DNA of 64,000 bases from IMG/VR virus record IMGVR_UViG_3300030109_001309, positions 5,276 to 69,275 of that record. The stretch is one strand, 5' to 3'. The translations under genes and the position numbers were made by a program. The DNA comes from a virus. Under the pieces are notes generated by a model. It worked only from the letters and a program-made list of their open reading frames with translations, had not been told where the DNA came from and made no database searches. Shown here piece by piece: positions 45,991 to 56,901 of this stretch; the stretch's first letter is position 1; each line of letters opens with the position of its first letter.

Positions 45991-48900
45991 TGGCTGAAGA
46001 CCTTTTAAGATTTGATGAAGAAGAACTAGAAATCCCTTCTTTTTCTTCTAGTAGTAATCTTTCTGAGCAAGAAATAACTAAGGTAGCTTCTTTAGCTGCG
46101 TTAGCTTCTATGCCTTCAAATTCAGTATTAGATGATGTTGAAATTAAATACCCTGCGTATTTAAAAAGTTTTGAAAGTTCAATTCAAAGAGGAGAAGAAC
46201 AAAACATAAGAGAAAGTTTTTCTTTAAGTCTTGTTCAAGAAGAATTAAATGCTTTAGATAATTTAAGTGTTTTTACTCTTAATGACCCTAATCTTTCTGT
46301 AGAAGAAAAAGCTAAAATAACTAACGATGCAGCTATTTCTTATCAATTACAAGATGCTAATGATCTTTTAGCGTTAGAAAAAAGTGCTGTAAATCGAGCT
46401 AAAACATTAAGTTTATCTGATCCTGACCAATTAGACATTGAAGAAGAAAGTTTAAAAGATAATGCAATAGGAGAGTTAGGAGATTCTGTTGCACAATTTG
46501 TTGAGCGTAGTTTAAGGATTCAAAGTGATGTTCAAAAAATTACTAAAGGTCAAGAAAATGAAGGTTCATTAACTAAAATTTTAAATTTTGTTGCTTCTAT
46601 GGTTCCTACTAACTTGTACACTTCAGCAGATAATATTATTGAAAAAATAAACAGTTATACTAAATCTCCTGGTTATAACTTACAAGATGCATCTAGGTAT
46701 TTACTTTTAAATGCTTCTGATGAAGATTTTAAAAAAGATTATTCTGAAGCTCTTCAAAATTTAAGAGAACAAAGTGGGTATTTAAGCGAAAACAGTGAAG
46801 TTCTTTTACGTAATATCCAAATTATTTCTGGTGGTGCAGGAAAAAAAGATGTTAGAGAAATAAATCAAACAAATCTTTTTGATGTTTTTTTGTCTATGCC
46901 TTTTATTACAACAGGAAAGTTGACTACTTCATTAGCTTTAGCTAAGTTAGGAAACAAAGAACTTTCTAAAAAAGTTATTACTAAAAATATTCTTGATGAT
47001 ACAAATCCCCAATCTGCTACTGGGGTAAAAAATACAGATAGTATTGATGACTCTATTGAGGAAAGTTTACCTGATAGTTTAAATCCAAATTTTAATGCTA
47101 TGGATATTCCAGGTATGCCAGTAGTGCATAGAGAGTTAACAGAAATTAGATTAGCAAGTGAAAATATTAAAAACGAATTAGGTAATTTATCTAGATTTAC
47201 ACCAGATGAACTAGATGGTTTAGTTAGTAGAGAGTTAGAAAGAGTAACAAATTTTAACAGTAAACGTATTATACCTATTGAAATATTTAAACCTGATCTT
47301 GTTTTAGAAAAAGGTATTCCAATTATAACAATGGCTTTAGGAAAAGCTAATGGAAGTTTGTTTAAAAATACAGACCAAGCAACTAAAGCTGCTAAACGTA
47401 TGGGTTTAAAAAATTATAAAATTGTAAACACTAAAGATAAAGGTTTACCACAAGGAGCATATATAAAACTACGACATAATGCTAATGAATCTAATATCTA
47501 TAAAAATTTTAATGAGTCAGAAGTTAATGTTAAATTTCCTATGCTTCATTTTTTAAGAAGCCCTGATTCGTATAATCCTGAAATTATTACTGATTTTGCT
47601 GCTGCTTCTTCTTTTAATAAATCTAAAATTTTTAAAGAGTATAAAAGAATACAAGATAAATTTCAAGGGTTATCTCGTACCCAAAGAAAAAGAATAGATG
47701 AACTTACTATTTATGGAAACGAAAATAATAAATGGTTAAATAACGATGAATTTTTATTGAAGTACCATCAAAATTACAAAGAGCTTCCAACTCAAAAAGA
47801 ACTTGTAACTTATTTTGCTCAAAAAGAATTACATGATTTAAACTATGAAGTTTTAAATTGGGCTGAGAAAACTAAACTAGTTTCTAAAGGGTATACTGCT
47901 GCTACTATTAGAGGATCAGCGTTTACTTTTCAAAATCAAATTGTTAAACAAGTAGATGATGTAGCTAATACTAAGTCAGCTATTGTTTACAATGCAGACA
48001 CAGATGAAATTTTACTGGGTGAATACATTTCTTCAGCAGGATTAAAAGAAACATTAAAAGAAAATAATCAAATACTTTATAAAACTTTTGATAACGTAGA
48101 TAACCCACAACAAATTCAAGCTAACTATATTATTACTAAGAAAGGTAATGTTAATACATACGAAATGGGAAACATTATTCCTTACCAAGCTGGTGGGCCT
48201 AGAGCATACGATGCGTATTTTTTTATTAAACAATTTAATACTAAACAAATTGTTGCAAAAAATGGTGAAAAACGTACTGTTATAGCAAACCCCTCAACTT
48301 TAATTGCAGGAAGGTCTAAAACAGAATTAAAAGAAGCAGTTCAAAATTTAGAAAAAGCAAGACTGTTAGCAAAAGAAAATGAGTTAACTGACGATTTAGT
48401 ATCTGAGTTAACTCCTTACGCTACTTTACAGGAATGGAACTCAGCAATACGAAGAAATGAAATTAATTTAGATAACCCTTTTACAATTGTAAGAGACAAA
48501 GAATCTCCTCAAAAAAGTGCAGGAACTACTCTTGATGAAAGTGGAATGTATGATATTACAACTGAAAGGACTAGTGTTTTTGGAGGCAATGACGCACCTG
48601 GAAGATTGTTAATGTCTAGAAGGGGTAAACAACTTTATGGGTCTGATTATAATAAAGCTAAAATTATAGCTCCTATGGACCTTATTCAAGATGTAGCTGA
48701 AAATTTGTTACACACTGCATCTTTCACAAACTTTCAAATAAGCAGTATTAACAGGTGGTCACAAACTTATAAAGGATACTTGCGTACTCCAGAAGGTTCT
48801 TTAAAGTCAGGCGATCAATATTTTTTTCAAGAGCCAGTATTTAAAACAGATGTTCCTGAGTCTATAAAAAATCAAGCTATAGCTTCACGTACTGCTATTA

Positions 48901-50597
48901 AAAGAATACTAGGACAAGATACTACACATAGTATGGCTTGGAAAACTGCTGTAAAAGGTCTTGCAGATTGGGTAGACAATAAAGGGTTAGGTAAAATAAG
49001 TTCTAAAATTTTAGATGGACAAAGTAAAGACCCTATTAATGCTTTAAAAGGATTAGCATTTGATTTAAAATTAGGTTCTTTTGATATTTCACAATTAGTT
49101 ATACAAACGCAAACAATAGCTGCAATGTCTTTTTTACGTAATCCTGTTACTGCTGGTAAATTTGCGTATGAAGGTTCTTTGTTGCGTTTAACTCATGTTA
49201 ACCAAAGTCCAGAACTTACAAATTTTCTATCTAAAAAATCAGGGCTACAGCCTGAAGAATTTAAACGTATGTCAAACGAATTAAAAGAGGGTGGTTATTT
49301 AGATGTAAATGGGGAATTAATTTTAACCGATCATCATTCAGCCCATGTGTATGGTAAAGTAGGAAGCACTGTAAGTAATATTAGAAATTTAGGTAGGATG
49401 CCTTTTTATGAAGCTGAAAGATGGAACAGAGCTTTTGCGTATAGAATGGCATGGGATGATTTTACTAAAATAAATCCTTCTGTAAAAATTCAAGATAAAC
49501 TTTTAACAAATGGAGAAGCAAGAAAGTTTTTAGCTGGTAAAGTTAATGATTACACTGTTGCAATGATTAACTCTTCTGCTGCTGCTTACCAAAAAGGTAT
49601 CCTTGCTGTTCCTGCACAGTTTATGTCTTACCAAATTAGGTTTATGGAAAATATTTTACCAGCAGCGTGGGGTGGGTCTAAAAGATTTACAAGCCAACAA
49701 AAAGCTAGATTAGCTTTAAGCCAGTTAGTTTTGTATGGTTCTGCTGGAATACCCTTTGCAAATTATGTAGCTTCTTCAGCACTTCAAACAGGAGCAGTAA
49801 ATATTGAAGGGGAAGAAAATGAATTTGTAAGTGAAGTAGGGCAAAGGTTAGTTTTAGGAGGTTTAATTGATGCTACTATTTATGCAGCTACAGCAGGAAA
49901 AGCTGATTTAGCTTTTTCAGATCGTGCAGCTGTAGCCCAAGGTGTGCAAGGGTTTATTGAAGATATTTTTGGTATGGGTTTATACGCTAAATCAACCGCA
50001 GATATGTTATTTGGTGCAGCAACTTCAGTAGGTGGGCAAGTTGTTTCAGATTCTTACCAAGCTTTAAAATTTGCTACGTTAGCAGCAACATCTGAGCAAG
50101 TAGGAATAACAGAAATGACTCCTTTAATTGCTAAAACTTTAGCTGAAAATATGTCTTCAGCATCAAGAATAATGAGAGCTTATTATGTTTTAAAATACGG
50201 TACATTTTCAAGTCAAGAAACAGGAAAGTTGTTAACTAAAACAAACTCAACAGAAGCTATGGCTGCTTTACTTGGTATCCCATTACGAGAAGTAGCAGAT
50301 TTAAATCTTTTAAATTATTCAATGAAAAATAAAAGTAATTTTTTAAAAGAAAATGGAAAGATTATTTTAAAATTAAGAAATGAAGCTTTAAGACATTTAA
50401 GTAAAGATGAGATAGACCAATATAATTTAAAAAGAAAAACTTCAATGGGTTTACTACAAACTTATGGAGTAGAAGATCGTTATGAAATTTTAAAGTGGGT
50501 AAATAACCAAGCACAATCAAAAAGCATTGTGCAAGGATACAGGGATAATTTTATGAAAAAATTTCCTAACGGTATCATACCAGAATTAAGAGAGTAA
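45990..50597 (+). CDS. Large internal virion protein (genome B)
   Basis: 1535 aa; distant homologue of 3691..8364. Confidence 0.65.
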   Translation: MAEDLLRFDEEELEIPSFSSSSNLSEQEITKVASLAALASMPSNSVLDDVEIKYPAYLKSFESSIQRGEEQNIRESFSLSLVQEELNALDNLSVFTLNDPNLSVEEKAKITNDAAISYQLQDANDLLALEKSAVNRAKTLSLSDPDQLDIEEESLKDNAIGELGDSVAQFVERSLRIQSDVQKITKGQENEGSLTKILNFVASMVPTNLYTSADNIIEKINSYTKSPGYNLQDASRYLLLNASDEDFKKDYSEALQNLREQSGYLSENSEVLLRNIQIISGGAGKKDVREINQTNLFDVFLSMPFITTGKLTTSLALAKLGNKELSKKVITKNILDDTNPQSATGVKNTDSIDDSIEESLPDSLNPNFNAMDIPGMPVVHRELTEIRLASENIKNELGNLSRFTPDELDGLVSRELERVTNFNSKRIIPIEIFKPDLVLEKGIPIITMALGKANGSLFKNTDQATKAAKRMGLKNYKIVNTKDKGLPQGAYIKLRHNANESNIYKNFNESEVNVKFPMLHFLRSPDSYNPEIITDFAAASSFNKSKIFKEYKRIQDKFQGLSRTQRKRIDELTIYGNENNKWLNNDEFLLKYHQNYKELPTQKELVTYFAQKELHDLNYEVLNWAEKTKLVSKGYTAATIRGSAFTFQNQIVKQVDDVANTKSAIVYNADTDEILLGEYISSAGLKETLKENNQILYKTFDNVDNPQQIQANYIITKKGNVNTYEMGNIIPYQAGGPRAYDAYFFIKQFNTKQIVAKNGEKRTVIANPSTLIAGRSKTELKEAVQNLEKARLLAKENELTDDLVSELTPYATLQEWNSAIRRNEINLDNPFTIVRDKESPQKSAGTTLDESGMYDITTERTSVFGGNDAPGRLLMSRRGKQLYGSDYNKAKIIAPMDLIQDVAENLLHTASFTNFQISSINRWSQTYKGYLRTPEGSLKSGDQYFFQEPVFKTDVPESIKNQAIASRTAIKRILGQDTTHSMAWKTAVKGLADWVDNKGLGKISSKILDGQSKDPINALKGLAFDLKLGSFDISQLVIQTQTIAAMSFLRNPVTAGKFAYEGSLLRLTHVNQSPELTNFLSKKSGLQPEEFKRMSNELKEGGYLDVNGELILTDHHSAHVYGKVGSTVSNIRNLGRMPFYEAERWNRAFAYRMAWDDFTKINPSVKIQDKLLTNGEARKFLAGKVNDYTVAMINSSAAAYQKGILAVPAQFMSYQIRFMENILPAAWGGSKRFTSQQKARLALSQLVLYGSAGIPFANYVASSALQTGAVNIEGEENEFVSEVGQRLVLGGLIDATIYAATAGKADLAFSDRAAVAQGVQGFIEDIFGMGLYAKSTADMLFGAATSVGGQVVSDSYQALKFATLAATSEQVGITEMTPLIAKTLAENMSSASRIMRAYYVLKYGTFSSQETGKLLTKTNSTEAMAALLGIPLREVADLNLLNYSMKNKSNFLKENGKIILKLRNEALRHLSKDEIDQYNLKRKTSMGLLQTYGVEDRYEILKWVNNQAQSKSIVQGYRDNFMKKFPNGIIPELRE

Positions 50598-50607
50598 AGG
50601 TAATATT

Positions 50608-53547
50608 ATGGCAACTAATGTATTTCAAAAAAGTTTAAGTGAGTATAGCGCACCTGGAATTGGTTCAATAGGTGGTGGGCGAAGTAGTGCATCTACACAA
50701 AGTCCTAATTTAGCTGTAGCGGCAATGAATATAGCTGCAAATGTTGCACCATTAGTAATAAACCAAATGGAAAAAAGTAATATTACTGAGTTAAATAAAA
50801 ATGTTTCTCAAGAATTGTTTAAAATTTATGAAGCAAAAAATCAAGGACTCCTTCCTCCTATACAAGCAGAAACTCAATTACGTAATAAAGTTTTAGAATT
50901 TAAAAAAAATAACCCTGAGTATTTAGGGGAAATAGACGCAGTTGTTAAATCTACGTTAGGGTATAACCCAATCCAATCTGAAATGTCTGCTCAAGGAAAA
51001 CAAAATATTGCTGCTCAAACATTAGGGTATGGACTATTTCCTACTGGAAAAGATGCTGAAGGAAACCCTGTAACTCCAGAGATGGCAATGGAAGCAGGGT
51101 TTGAAATGCAAGCAAAAGCTAGAAGAGCAAATGCTGCTGTTAAAGCTTTACAAATAAATAAATCTAATAAAGAAGCTGCTCAAATACAGTTAACTAATAA
51201 ATTAGGAACGCAATTTGTTAATCAGGCAATAGATAATGCATTCAGAAATCTAACTATAGATATAGGTAAAGTTAGTAGTAGTATTAATGACCCAGATAGT
51301 TTACAACAATACTCATCATTACTGAAACGATATGAAGATTTAATAAATAATATGGGAAGTAATATTCAAGGTCAAGTAACAGATGTTTTAGCTAATAACC
51401 CAGACTTATATGGAATGTTTGACCAGCAAACTATAGTAAAAAATGTAATGGCACAGTTTGATAGTACAACTAAAAGATTTTTTGAGGTTATTAAAAATTC
51501 AAGAGAAAATGGAACATTAAAACAAGTAACAGATGCATCAGATTTGTTATCTAAAACTTTAGATATAGAAATACAACAATCTATGCCTGTTGCATATATG
51601 TTAAGTAAACTTTCTAAGTATGAAGGTATGAAACATTTTTTAACTCCTGAGTTTTTAGGTGGTATGACAGGACCACAACTTAGAAAAGAACTAACTACTG
51701 CCGTAGGTAAAACTCTTTTTAATGAATCACCAGAAAATGTGGAACCTCAAAAAGAAACTTTAAAAAATGTAATAGATATTTTAGGTGGAGATCAAACACT
51801 AGAAGATTTAAAAGATTTAAGTGTAGAAGATAAACAAGGTTTAATAAAAGCAATGGGTGGGTTTGTATCTGATGCTTTAGCAAATCATACAACTTTTCAA
51901 ATGGGACCAAGACAAGATTTAGATATGCAAGAAGGTTCGGTGTTTAATGCTATGAATCAATTATTTGAAGTAGTAGGACAAAGTAATATTACTCGTTCAA
52001 AAAGTATAGCTAATGTAGCAGACCAAATTGATAATAATTTTATACAATTTATTAAAAAAGCAGGAGATCAATCAAAAGCAGATCAAACAGCAGACAAAGC
52101 TGTTAATGTATTACATAAACATTATCGTATGCATATGGCTGATGTAGATAGTTTTAATATATCTCCTTCTTTAACCACAAAAGGAACTGACCAAACTTTT
52201 GTAGCGTTTAATACTGCTACAGGAAAATACCAACTTAGGGAGCTTACAATAGCTGATTTAGATAAAAATAATACAGCAGAAATGGGTGCATTTAGAAGGG
52301 CAAAACAACAAGGATTAACTGGGTCTGACGCAATTTACAAAGCTAAAGGAATTTCTCAAAAGTTTCATAATGCTCAAGCTAATACAGCTAATGGCATAAT
52401 TGATAAGTTGTGGAATTTAAAACAATACCAAAAAAGTATAGGTAAATTTAGTTCTAAAGCTGAATTTGCAGATGGTTTAAATCAGAGTAATCTTAACCTT
52501 AATATTCCTTATACTACAGGAAGTAAACCTAATAAAAATAATTTAAGTTTACTTCTTTCTATGTCAGATGCAGAAAACTTTAAAGCTGAACAGAAAAAAA
52601 ATGAAGATTTATTAGTAAGTATAGGTAAAAGAATATCTGGTTATGAAAGACGGTTAAGGTTTGGGCAACCAGAAGACCAAACAACTATGAGTCCTAATGA
52701 TGTAACTGTAGGAGGAGAGTTATCTCCTGCTAGTGATGCAGGAATACCCAATACAACTCCTTCTAATACAATGGGTGGGGATATTGATCCTGGGGTTTTA
52801 CCTGATGAAACTACAATGGATGCTGGAGATGAAGTTGACCCAAGTAATCCTGAAATTCAAAATATATTTAAAGAAAACCCACAACAAGATGAAAAAAGTT
52901 TTAGAGCTAGAGTGCAAGAAACTTTTGGGAATATGTCAGATGATTTTATGACAATACTATTTGATAAAGCAACAAATTTATTTCAAGGAACTTCAGAAAA
53001 AATAAAAAGGATACAGCCAGTGAGTTCAATAACTAAAAAATTTACAGACGCAGCAAAAGATAGAGATATTTCTATTAATGAAAATCAACTTAAATTACTT
53101 TCAGCGGCAATAGAAAAAGCTGAATCAGGAGGTGAAGGAGATAATGCAAGAACAGTAAAAAATCCAACATCATCTGCTACAGGATTTTTTCAAATAACTA
53201 ACGCTACTCGTAAAAGTGCATCTCAAAGTATTATAAATAGATTTACAAATTCAGGAAATAAAGAGGATATTCCAGAGTGGGTAATAGATGCTAACAAATC
53301 TAAATCTATAGATGACCATGTTTCTTTTATAGGTAACTTAACAAGAGAACAACAAGAAGAATTATTTTTTGCTAATCTTTTTGAAAAACCTGGGAGTGAC
53401 AAGATTTTTAAACGTATTGTAGCTAGTAACTTTGAAGATGATAATGCGCTTGCAGATTTGTATATGAAAATTCATCACACTGAACCTTCAAACAAATTAA
53501 AACAACATTTTTTAGTTGCTCTTAGACAAGTTAAAAGGGATTTATAA
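50608..53547 (+). CDS. Internal virion protein with C-terminal lysozyme-like domain (genome B)
   Basis: KAESGG...NPTSSATGFFQI...LYMKIHHTEPS shared with 8364..11063. Confidence 0.65.
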   Translation: MATNVFQKSLSEYSAPGIGSIGGGRSSASTQSPNLAVAAMNIAANVAPLVINQMEKSNITELNKNVSQELFKIYEAKNQGLLPPIQAETQLRNKVLEFKKNNPEYLGEIDAVVKSTLGYNPIQSEMSAQGKQNIAAQTLGYGLFPTGKDAEGNPVTPEMAMEAGFEMQAKARRANAAVKALQINKSNKEAAQIQLTNKLGTQFVNQAIDNAFRNLTIDIGKVSSSINDPDSLQQYSSLLKRYEDLINNMGSNIQGQVTDVLANNPDLYGMFDQQTIVKNVMAQFDSTTKRFFEVIKNSRENGTLKQVTDASDLLSKTLDIEIQQSMPVAYMLSKLSKYEGMKHFLTPEFLGGMTGPQLRKELTTAVGKTLFNESPENVEPQKETLKNVIDILGGDQTLEDLKDLSVEDKQGLIKAMGGFVSDALANHTTFQMGPRQDLDMQEGSVFNAMNQLFEVVGQSNITRSKSIANVADQIDNNFIQFIKKAGDQSKADQTADKAVNVLHKHYRMHMADVDSFNISPSLTTKGTDQTFVAFNTATGKYQLRELTIADLDKNNTAEMGAFRRAKQQGLTGSDAIYKAKGISQKFHNAQANTANGIIDKLWNLKQYQKSIGKFSSKAEFADGLNQSNLNLNIPYTTGSKPNKNNLSLLLSMSDAENFKAEQKKNEDLLVSIGKRISGYERRLRFGQPEDQTTMSPNDVTVGGELSPASDAGIPNTTPSNTMGGDIDPGVLPDETTMDAGDEVDPSNPEIQNIFKENPQQDEKSFRARVQETFGNMSDDFMTILFDKATNLFQGTSEKIKRIQPVSSITKKFTDAAKDRDISINENQLKLLSAAIEKAESGGEGDNARTVKNPTSSATGFFQITNATRKSASQSIINRFTNSGNKEDIPEWVIDANKSKSIDDHVSFIGNLTREQQEELFFANLFEKPGSDKIFKRIVASNFEDDNALADLYMKIHHTEPSNKLKQHFLVALRQVKRDL

Positions 53548-53934
53548 ATGCTACCAATACTAGGACCACTTGTTTCAGGTTTATTTGATGTAGGTAAATC
53601 GTACCTTAAAAATAAAGCTGAAGAAAAGCAAGCTATACATGACCGTAAGATAACTCAAATCAAACAAGAAGGTGATTGGGACGAGATACAAGCTCGTAAC
53701 AGTAACAACTCTTGGAAGGATGAGTACCTTACGATCATATTAACTTTACCTTTCGTAGCTATGTTCTTAGCTGTAATCTTTGAAGCAGATGAAATGTTGA
53801 TACGATTTAAACAAGCGTTTATGGTGCTTGATGAAGACGTACCTAGTGAGTATTGGTATTTACTTAGTGTTGTTGTTGCTGCTTCCTTTGGAGTTAAAAA
53901 AGTTATTGATGTTATTAAAGCTAAGAAGAAGTAG
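53548..53934 (+). CDS. Putative holin (genome B)
   Basis: 119/128 aa identical to 11429..11815 by manual count. Confidence 0.65.
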   Translation: MLPILGPLVSGLFDVGKSYLKNKAEEKQAIHDRKITQIKQEGDWDEIQARNSNNSWKDEYLTIILTLPFVAMFLAVIFEADEMLIRFKQAFMVLDEDVPSEYWYLLSVVVAASFGVKKVIDVIKAKKK

Positions 53935-54136
53935 ATTTTTTATTTAAAGCTTTAAATTCTGGAGCTAACCACTTAGGGTATTCAATACCTGTGTAATCGT
54001 ACAAAGCTTTAGTAGCTTTATGCCACTCATCCCTTTGTTTTACAGAAGGTAAATTAAACCCTTGCATATGCATAGAGTCTAACCAAGCACTGTAAATTTT
54101 ACAATAATCAATTAAAATTTTATCCGCTTTTTGCAT
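53921..54136 (-). CDS. Hypothetical protein
   Basis: Last ORF of the minus arm; overlaps its neighbours. Confidence 0.5.
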   Translation of the reverse strand: MQKADKILIDYCKIYSAWLDSMHMQGFNLPSVKQRDEWHKATKALYDYTGIEYPKWLAPEFKALNKKSTSS

Positions 54137-54332
54137 ATTTTAATATATCTTTTTTAAGTCTTTCTAAGTACACAGCAAAGTCTAAGGCTTCTTCTATAGC
54201 ATGGTCAATCCATTCACTAGTACCTAAGTCTGTGCGTTCCATTGTACAACCATACTTTTGCATACCTTGTTGGCTACGTGTGTGCATACGATCTATAACT
54301 GTTTGAACAACTGGGTCTTTATCTTGTTCCAT
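54120..54332 (-). CDS. Small helical nucleotide pyrophosphatase-like protein
   Basis: Homologue of 11741..12022. Confidence 0.5.
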   Translation of the reverse strand: MEQDKDPVVQTVIDRMHTRSQQGMQKYGCTMERTDLGTSEWIDHAIEEALDFAVYLERLKKDILKYAKSG

Positions 54333-54343
54333 AAGTAAGTCCT

Positions 54344-54538
54344 TTACTTTTTAAGTTTCCAATAAATATATTTACCATTGATAGCAATTGATTTAGATTT
54401 AAAGTCTACCTCTTGTTCTCCTACATAATGCCAAGTGTACCCTTTGTCAAGGTCTTTGGCTGCTTGGTCAAAAAATTCTGAATTAGTTTCTATAAATAAA
54501 ATTGGGATAAGTATTAGTAACATAGCCATTAGCCACAC
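54344..54538 (-). CDS. Small membrane-anchored protein
   Basis: Homologue of 12004..12219. Confidence 0.65.
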   Translation of the reverse strand: MWLMAMLLILIPILFIETNSEFFDQAAKDLDKGYTWHYVGEQEVDFKSKSIAINGKYIYWKLKK

Positions 54539-56220
54539 TCCTTTTGTCCTGTCTCTGGGTCAATAAAACAAGCTGTACCATCTTCAACTGTGTCTTCTAT
54601 ATCTTCTACCTTATTAAGAATACCATAGCGTTTACCAGCTAATCTAAACGTAGTAACTCCTTTCAGTTTAAATTTCCAAGCATTAAAGTAAACATCTTTA
54701 AACTCTTCAAATGAAACAGCATCTCCTACGTTAATAGTTTTAGACACCGCACTATCTACCCAAGGTTGAACAGCGTGTTGCATTGAAAGATGGTCTTGTA
54801 CTGATAGGGTATCTGTCGTATCAGATTTTATATTGTGATAATTGTATACGTAATCTTTTAGTTGCACTACTTGTGGTCCTAACTCTGTCTGTACAGTACG
54901 GTTAATTTCGTAAGCAAATACAGGCTCAATACCTGATGATACATTGTCTGCTGTAAAACTAATTGTACCTGTTGGTGCAATAGAAGTCAAGTGACTATTT
55001 CGCATACCTTGTTTAGATATTTTTACTTGTAAATCTTCAGGGAATTTCTTAATAAAATTTCCTATTGGGTACTTACCTTTATCGTACAAAGGAAAGCAAC
55101 CTTTTTCAAGTGCAAGATCAGAGCTTGATTCATAAGCAACTAAGCAAAGAGTTTTCATAATTTTACGTGTAAACCTTGGCCCTTCTCTATACTTGTAGCC
55201 ACATAAAGTAATAGCATTAGCTAATCCTGTAATACCTAAACCCATTCTGCGTTTTGCTTGCGCTTCTTCTTTTTGAGCAAGAAGAGGATAATTAGTTCGA
55301 TCAATAACATTGTCCATTGCCCTCACTACATGGGGAATATCATCTTTAAAGAAATCAAAGTTAAACTTTTTATCTTTAACATATTTAACTAAATTAAAAC
55401 TGCCTAACAAACAAGCACCGTAAGGTGGAAGTGGTTGTTCACCACAAGGGTTAGTAGCTTCAATAGTTTCACAATAGTACAAAGGATTATCGTTGTTAAT
55501 CTGGTCTAAAAACAACACACCTGGCTCTGCCCAATCCCATGTGCTACGCATAATCTCATCCCACAAAGCAGAAGCATCTATTTGTTTATAAACCTTACCC
55601 TCAAACTTTAAACTAAAGGGTTTGTTATTGTGAACACACGACATAAATTCATCTGTTACACCAACAGAAATATTAAAATTAGTAAGCTCATTTTCATTAC
55701 GTTTAGCTCTGATAAATTCTTCAATGTCAGGGTGGTCTACCCTAAGTACACCCATCATTGCTCCTCTTCTGTGTCCTGCGGAAACGATTGTTCTACACAC
55801 TGCATCAAAAATTCGCATAAAAGAAACGGGACCAGAAGCACTACTATCAAGACTGACAATGCGATCACCGGCAGGACGGATACGGCTAAAATCGTAACCG
55901 ATACCACCGCCACGCCGCATTGTTTCAGCAGCTTCTTTGGCCCTGTCCATGATACTGTCCATAGAGTCTTCGACAATTCCACTGACAAAGCAATTGTACG
56001 CCGTAACATTTCTAGGGCTTCCCATCGCTGATTGAACTCTACCGGCTGGCATAAATCGTTGTTCTTGGAAAATGGATTTAAGCTTTTGACGATGCGCTTC
56101 GTTGTCAGCCATTGCTGCTGCATTACGAGACACACCTTCTTCAAAAGATTCATTGGGTAATCTGTATTTAGTTGCATGAAGTTCCTCACATTCTTTAACT
56201 TGGGGTCCGTAGTTACTCAT
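54529..56220 (-). CDS. nrdJ: Class II ribonucleotide reductase (genome B)
   Basis: Same motifs as 12953..14650. Confidence 0.88.
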   Translation of the reverse strand: MSNYGPQVKECEELHATKYRLPNESFEEGVSRNAAAMADNEAHRQKLKSIFQEQRFMPAGRVQSAMGSPRNVTAYNCFVSGIVEDSMDSIMDRAKEAAETMRRGGGIGYDFSRIRPAGDRIVSLDSSASGPVSFMRIFDAVCRTIVSAGHRRGAMMGVLRVDHPDIEEFIRAKRNENELTNFNISVGVTDEFMSCVHNNKPFSLKFEGKVYKQIDASALWDEIMRSTWDWAEPGVLFLDQINNDNPLYYCETIEATNPCGEQPLPPYGACLLGSFNLVKYVKDKKFNFDFFKDDIPHVVRAMDNVIDRTNYPLLAQKEEAQAKRRMGLGITGLANAITLCGYKYREGPRFTRKIMKTLCLVAYESSSDLALEKGCFPLYDKGKYPIGNFIKKFPEDLQVKISKQGMRNSHLTSIAPTGTISFTADNVSSGIEPVFAYEINRTVQTELGPQVVQLKDYVYNYHNIKSDTTDTLSVQDHLSMQHAVQPWVDSAVSKTINVGDAVSFEEFKDVYFNAWKFKLKGVTTFRLAGKRYGILNKVEDIEDTVEDGTACFIDPETGQKECG

Positions 56221-56651
56221 TGAAACAAATCTCCTAGTGTTGGTTCTTTATAATTATTACTTTTCTTAACCTTCCCATACTCATTATACACAGGATTGCC
56301 ATTATCGTCAAGCTTAGATAAATTGCTTGCGTGTACTCTGTTAAAAGCAACATCAAAATCTACATTATATAATTCATTTAAAGCTACAAGTGTACCACTT
56401 AATACATATTGTAAGTCACATAACTCTTTTAGTAAATTTTCCCACAATTTACTAGGTACTTTTTTACCATAATGAACTTCAAGAATTATATCTTGTAAGG
56501 CTTCTTTAACCTCTAAAGCTTCTTCTGCTATTAGTTTTTGACGTAACTCTAATAGACTTACTCTTGGTTGTGAATTTATATCAAGCAAAAAAGCATTGTG
56601 AAACTCTTGTACTTTCATTTCTCTAGTGCGGTATTGGGGATACATCGGCAT
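56217..56651 (-). CDS. MazG-like nucleotide pyrophosphohydrolase (genome B)
   Basis: KELCDLQYV, VHASNLSK. Confidence 0.8.
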   Translation of the reverse strand: MPMYPQYRTREMKVQEFHNAFLLDINSQPRVSLLELRQKLIAEEALEVKEALQDIILEVHYGKKVPSKLWENLLKELCDLQYVLSGTLVALNELYNVDFDVAFNRVHASNLSKLDDNGNPVYNEYGKVKKSNNYKEPTLGDLFQ

Positions 56652-56901
56652 CTTCTTCCTCTCTATTCATACTTTTCATGGTTAATTTAATACAGTCATA
56701 TAGCACATTTTTACTTACTTCATCTTCTGATAATTCCATTTCTCTTGTTAATCTAAGAACTAAATTCATACGATTAACTAAAGGATCAGGATTATAAAAT
56801 AATTCAAAGTTTGTGTATTCTTCTTCGTTAGTCTGTGGTTTCTTTTGAAAAAACAAAACGATCCTTTCCTTTCCTACTATAATCTTTTTTGTTTCGTACA
56901 A
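56623..56901 (-). CDS. Acidic hypothetical protein (start uncertain)
   Basis: Homologue of 15049..15264. Confidence 0.55.
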   Translation of the reverse strand: MYETKKIIVGKERIVLFFQKKPQTNEEEYTNFELFYNPDPLVNRMNLVLRLTREMELSEDEVSKNVLYDCIKLTMKSMNREEEDADVSPIPH

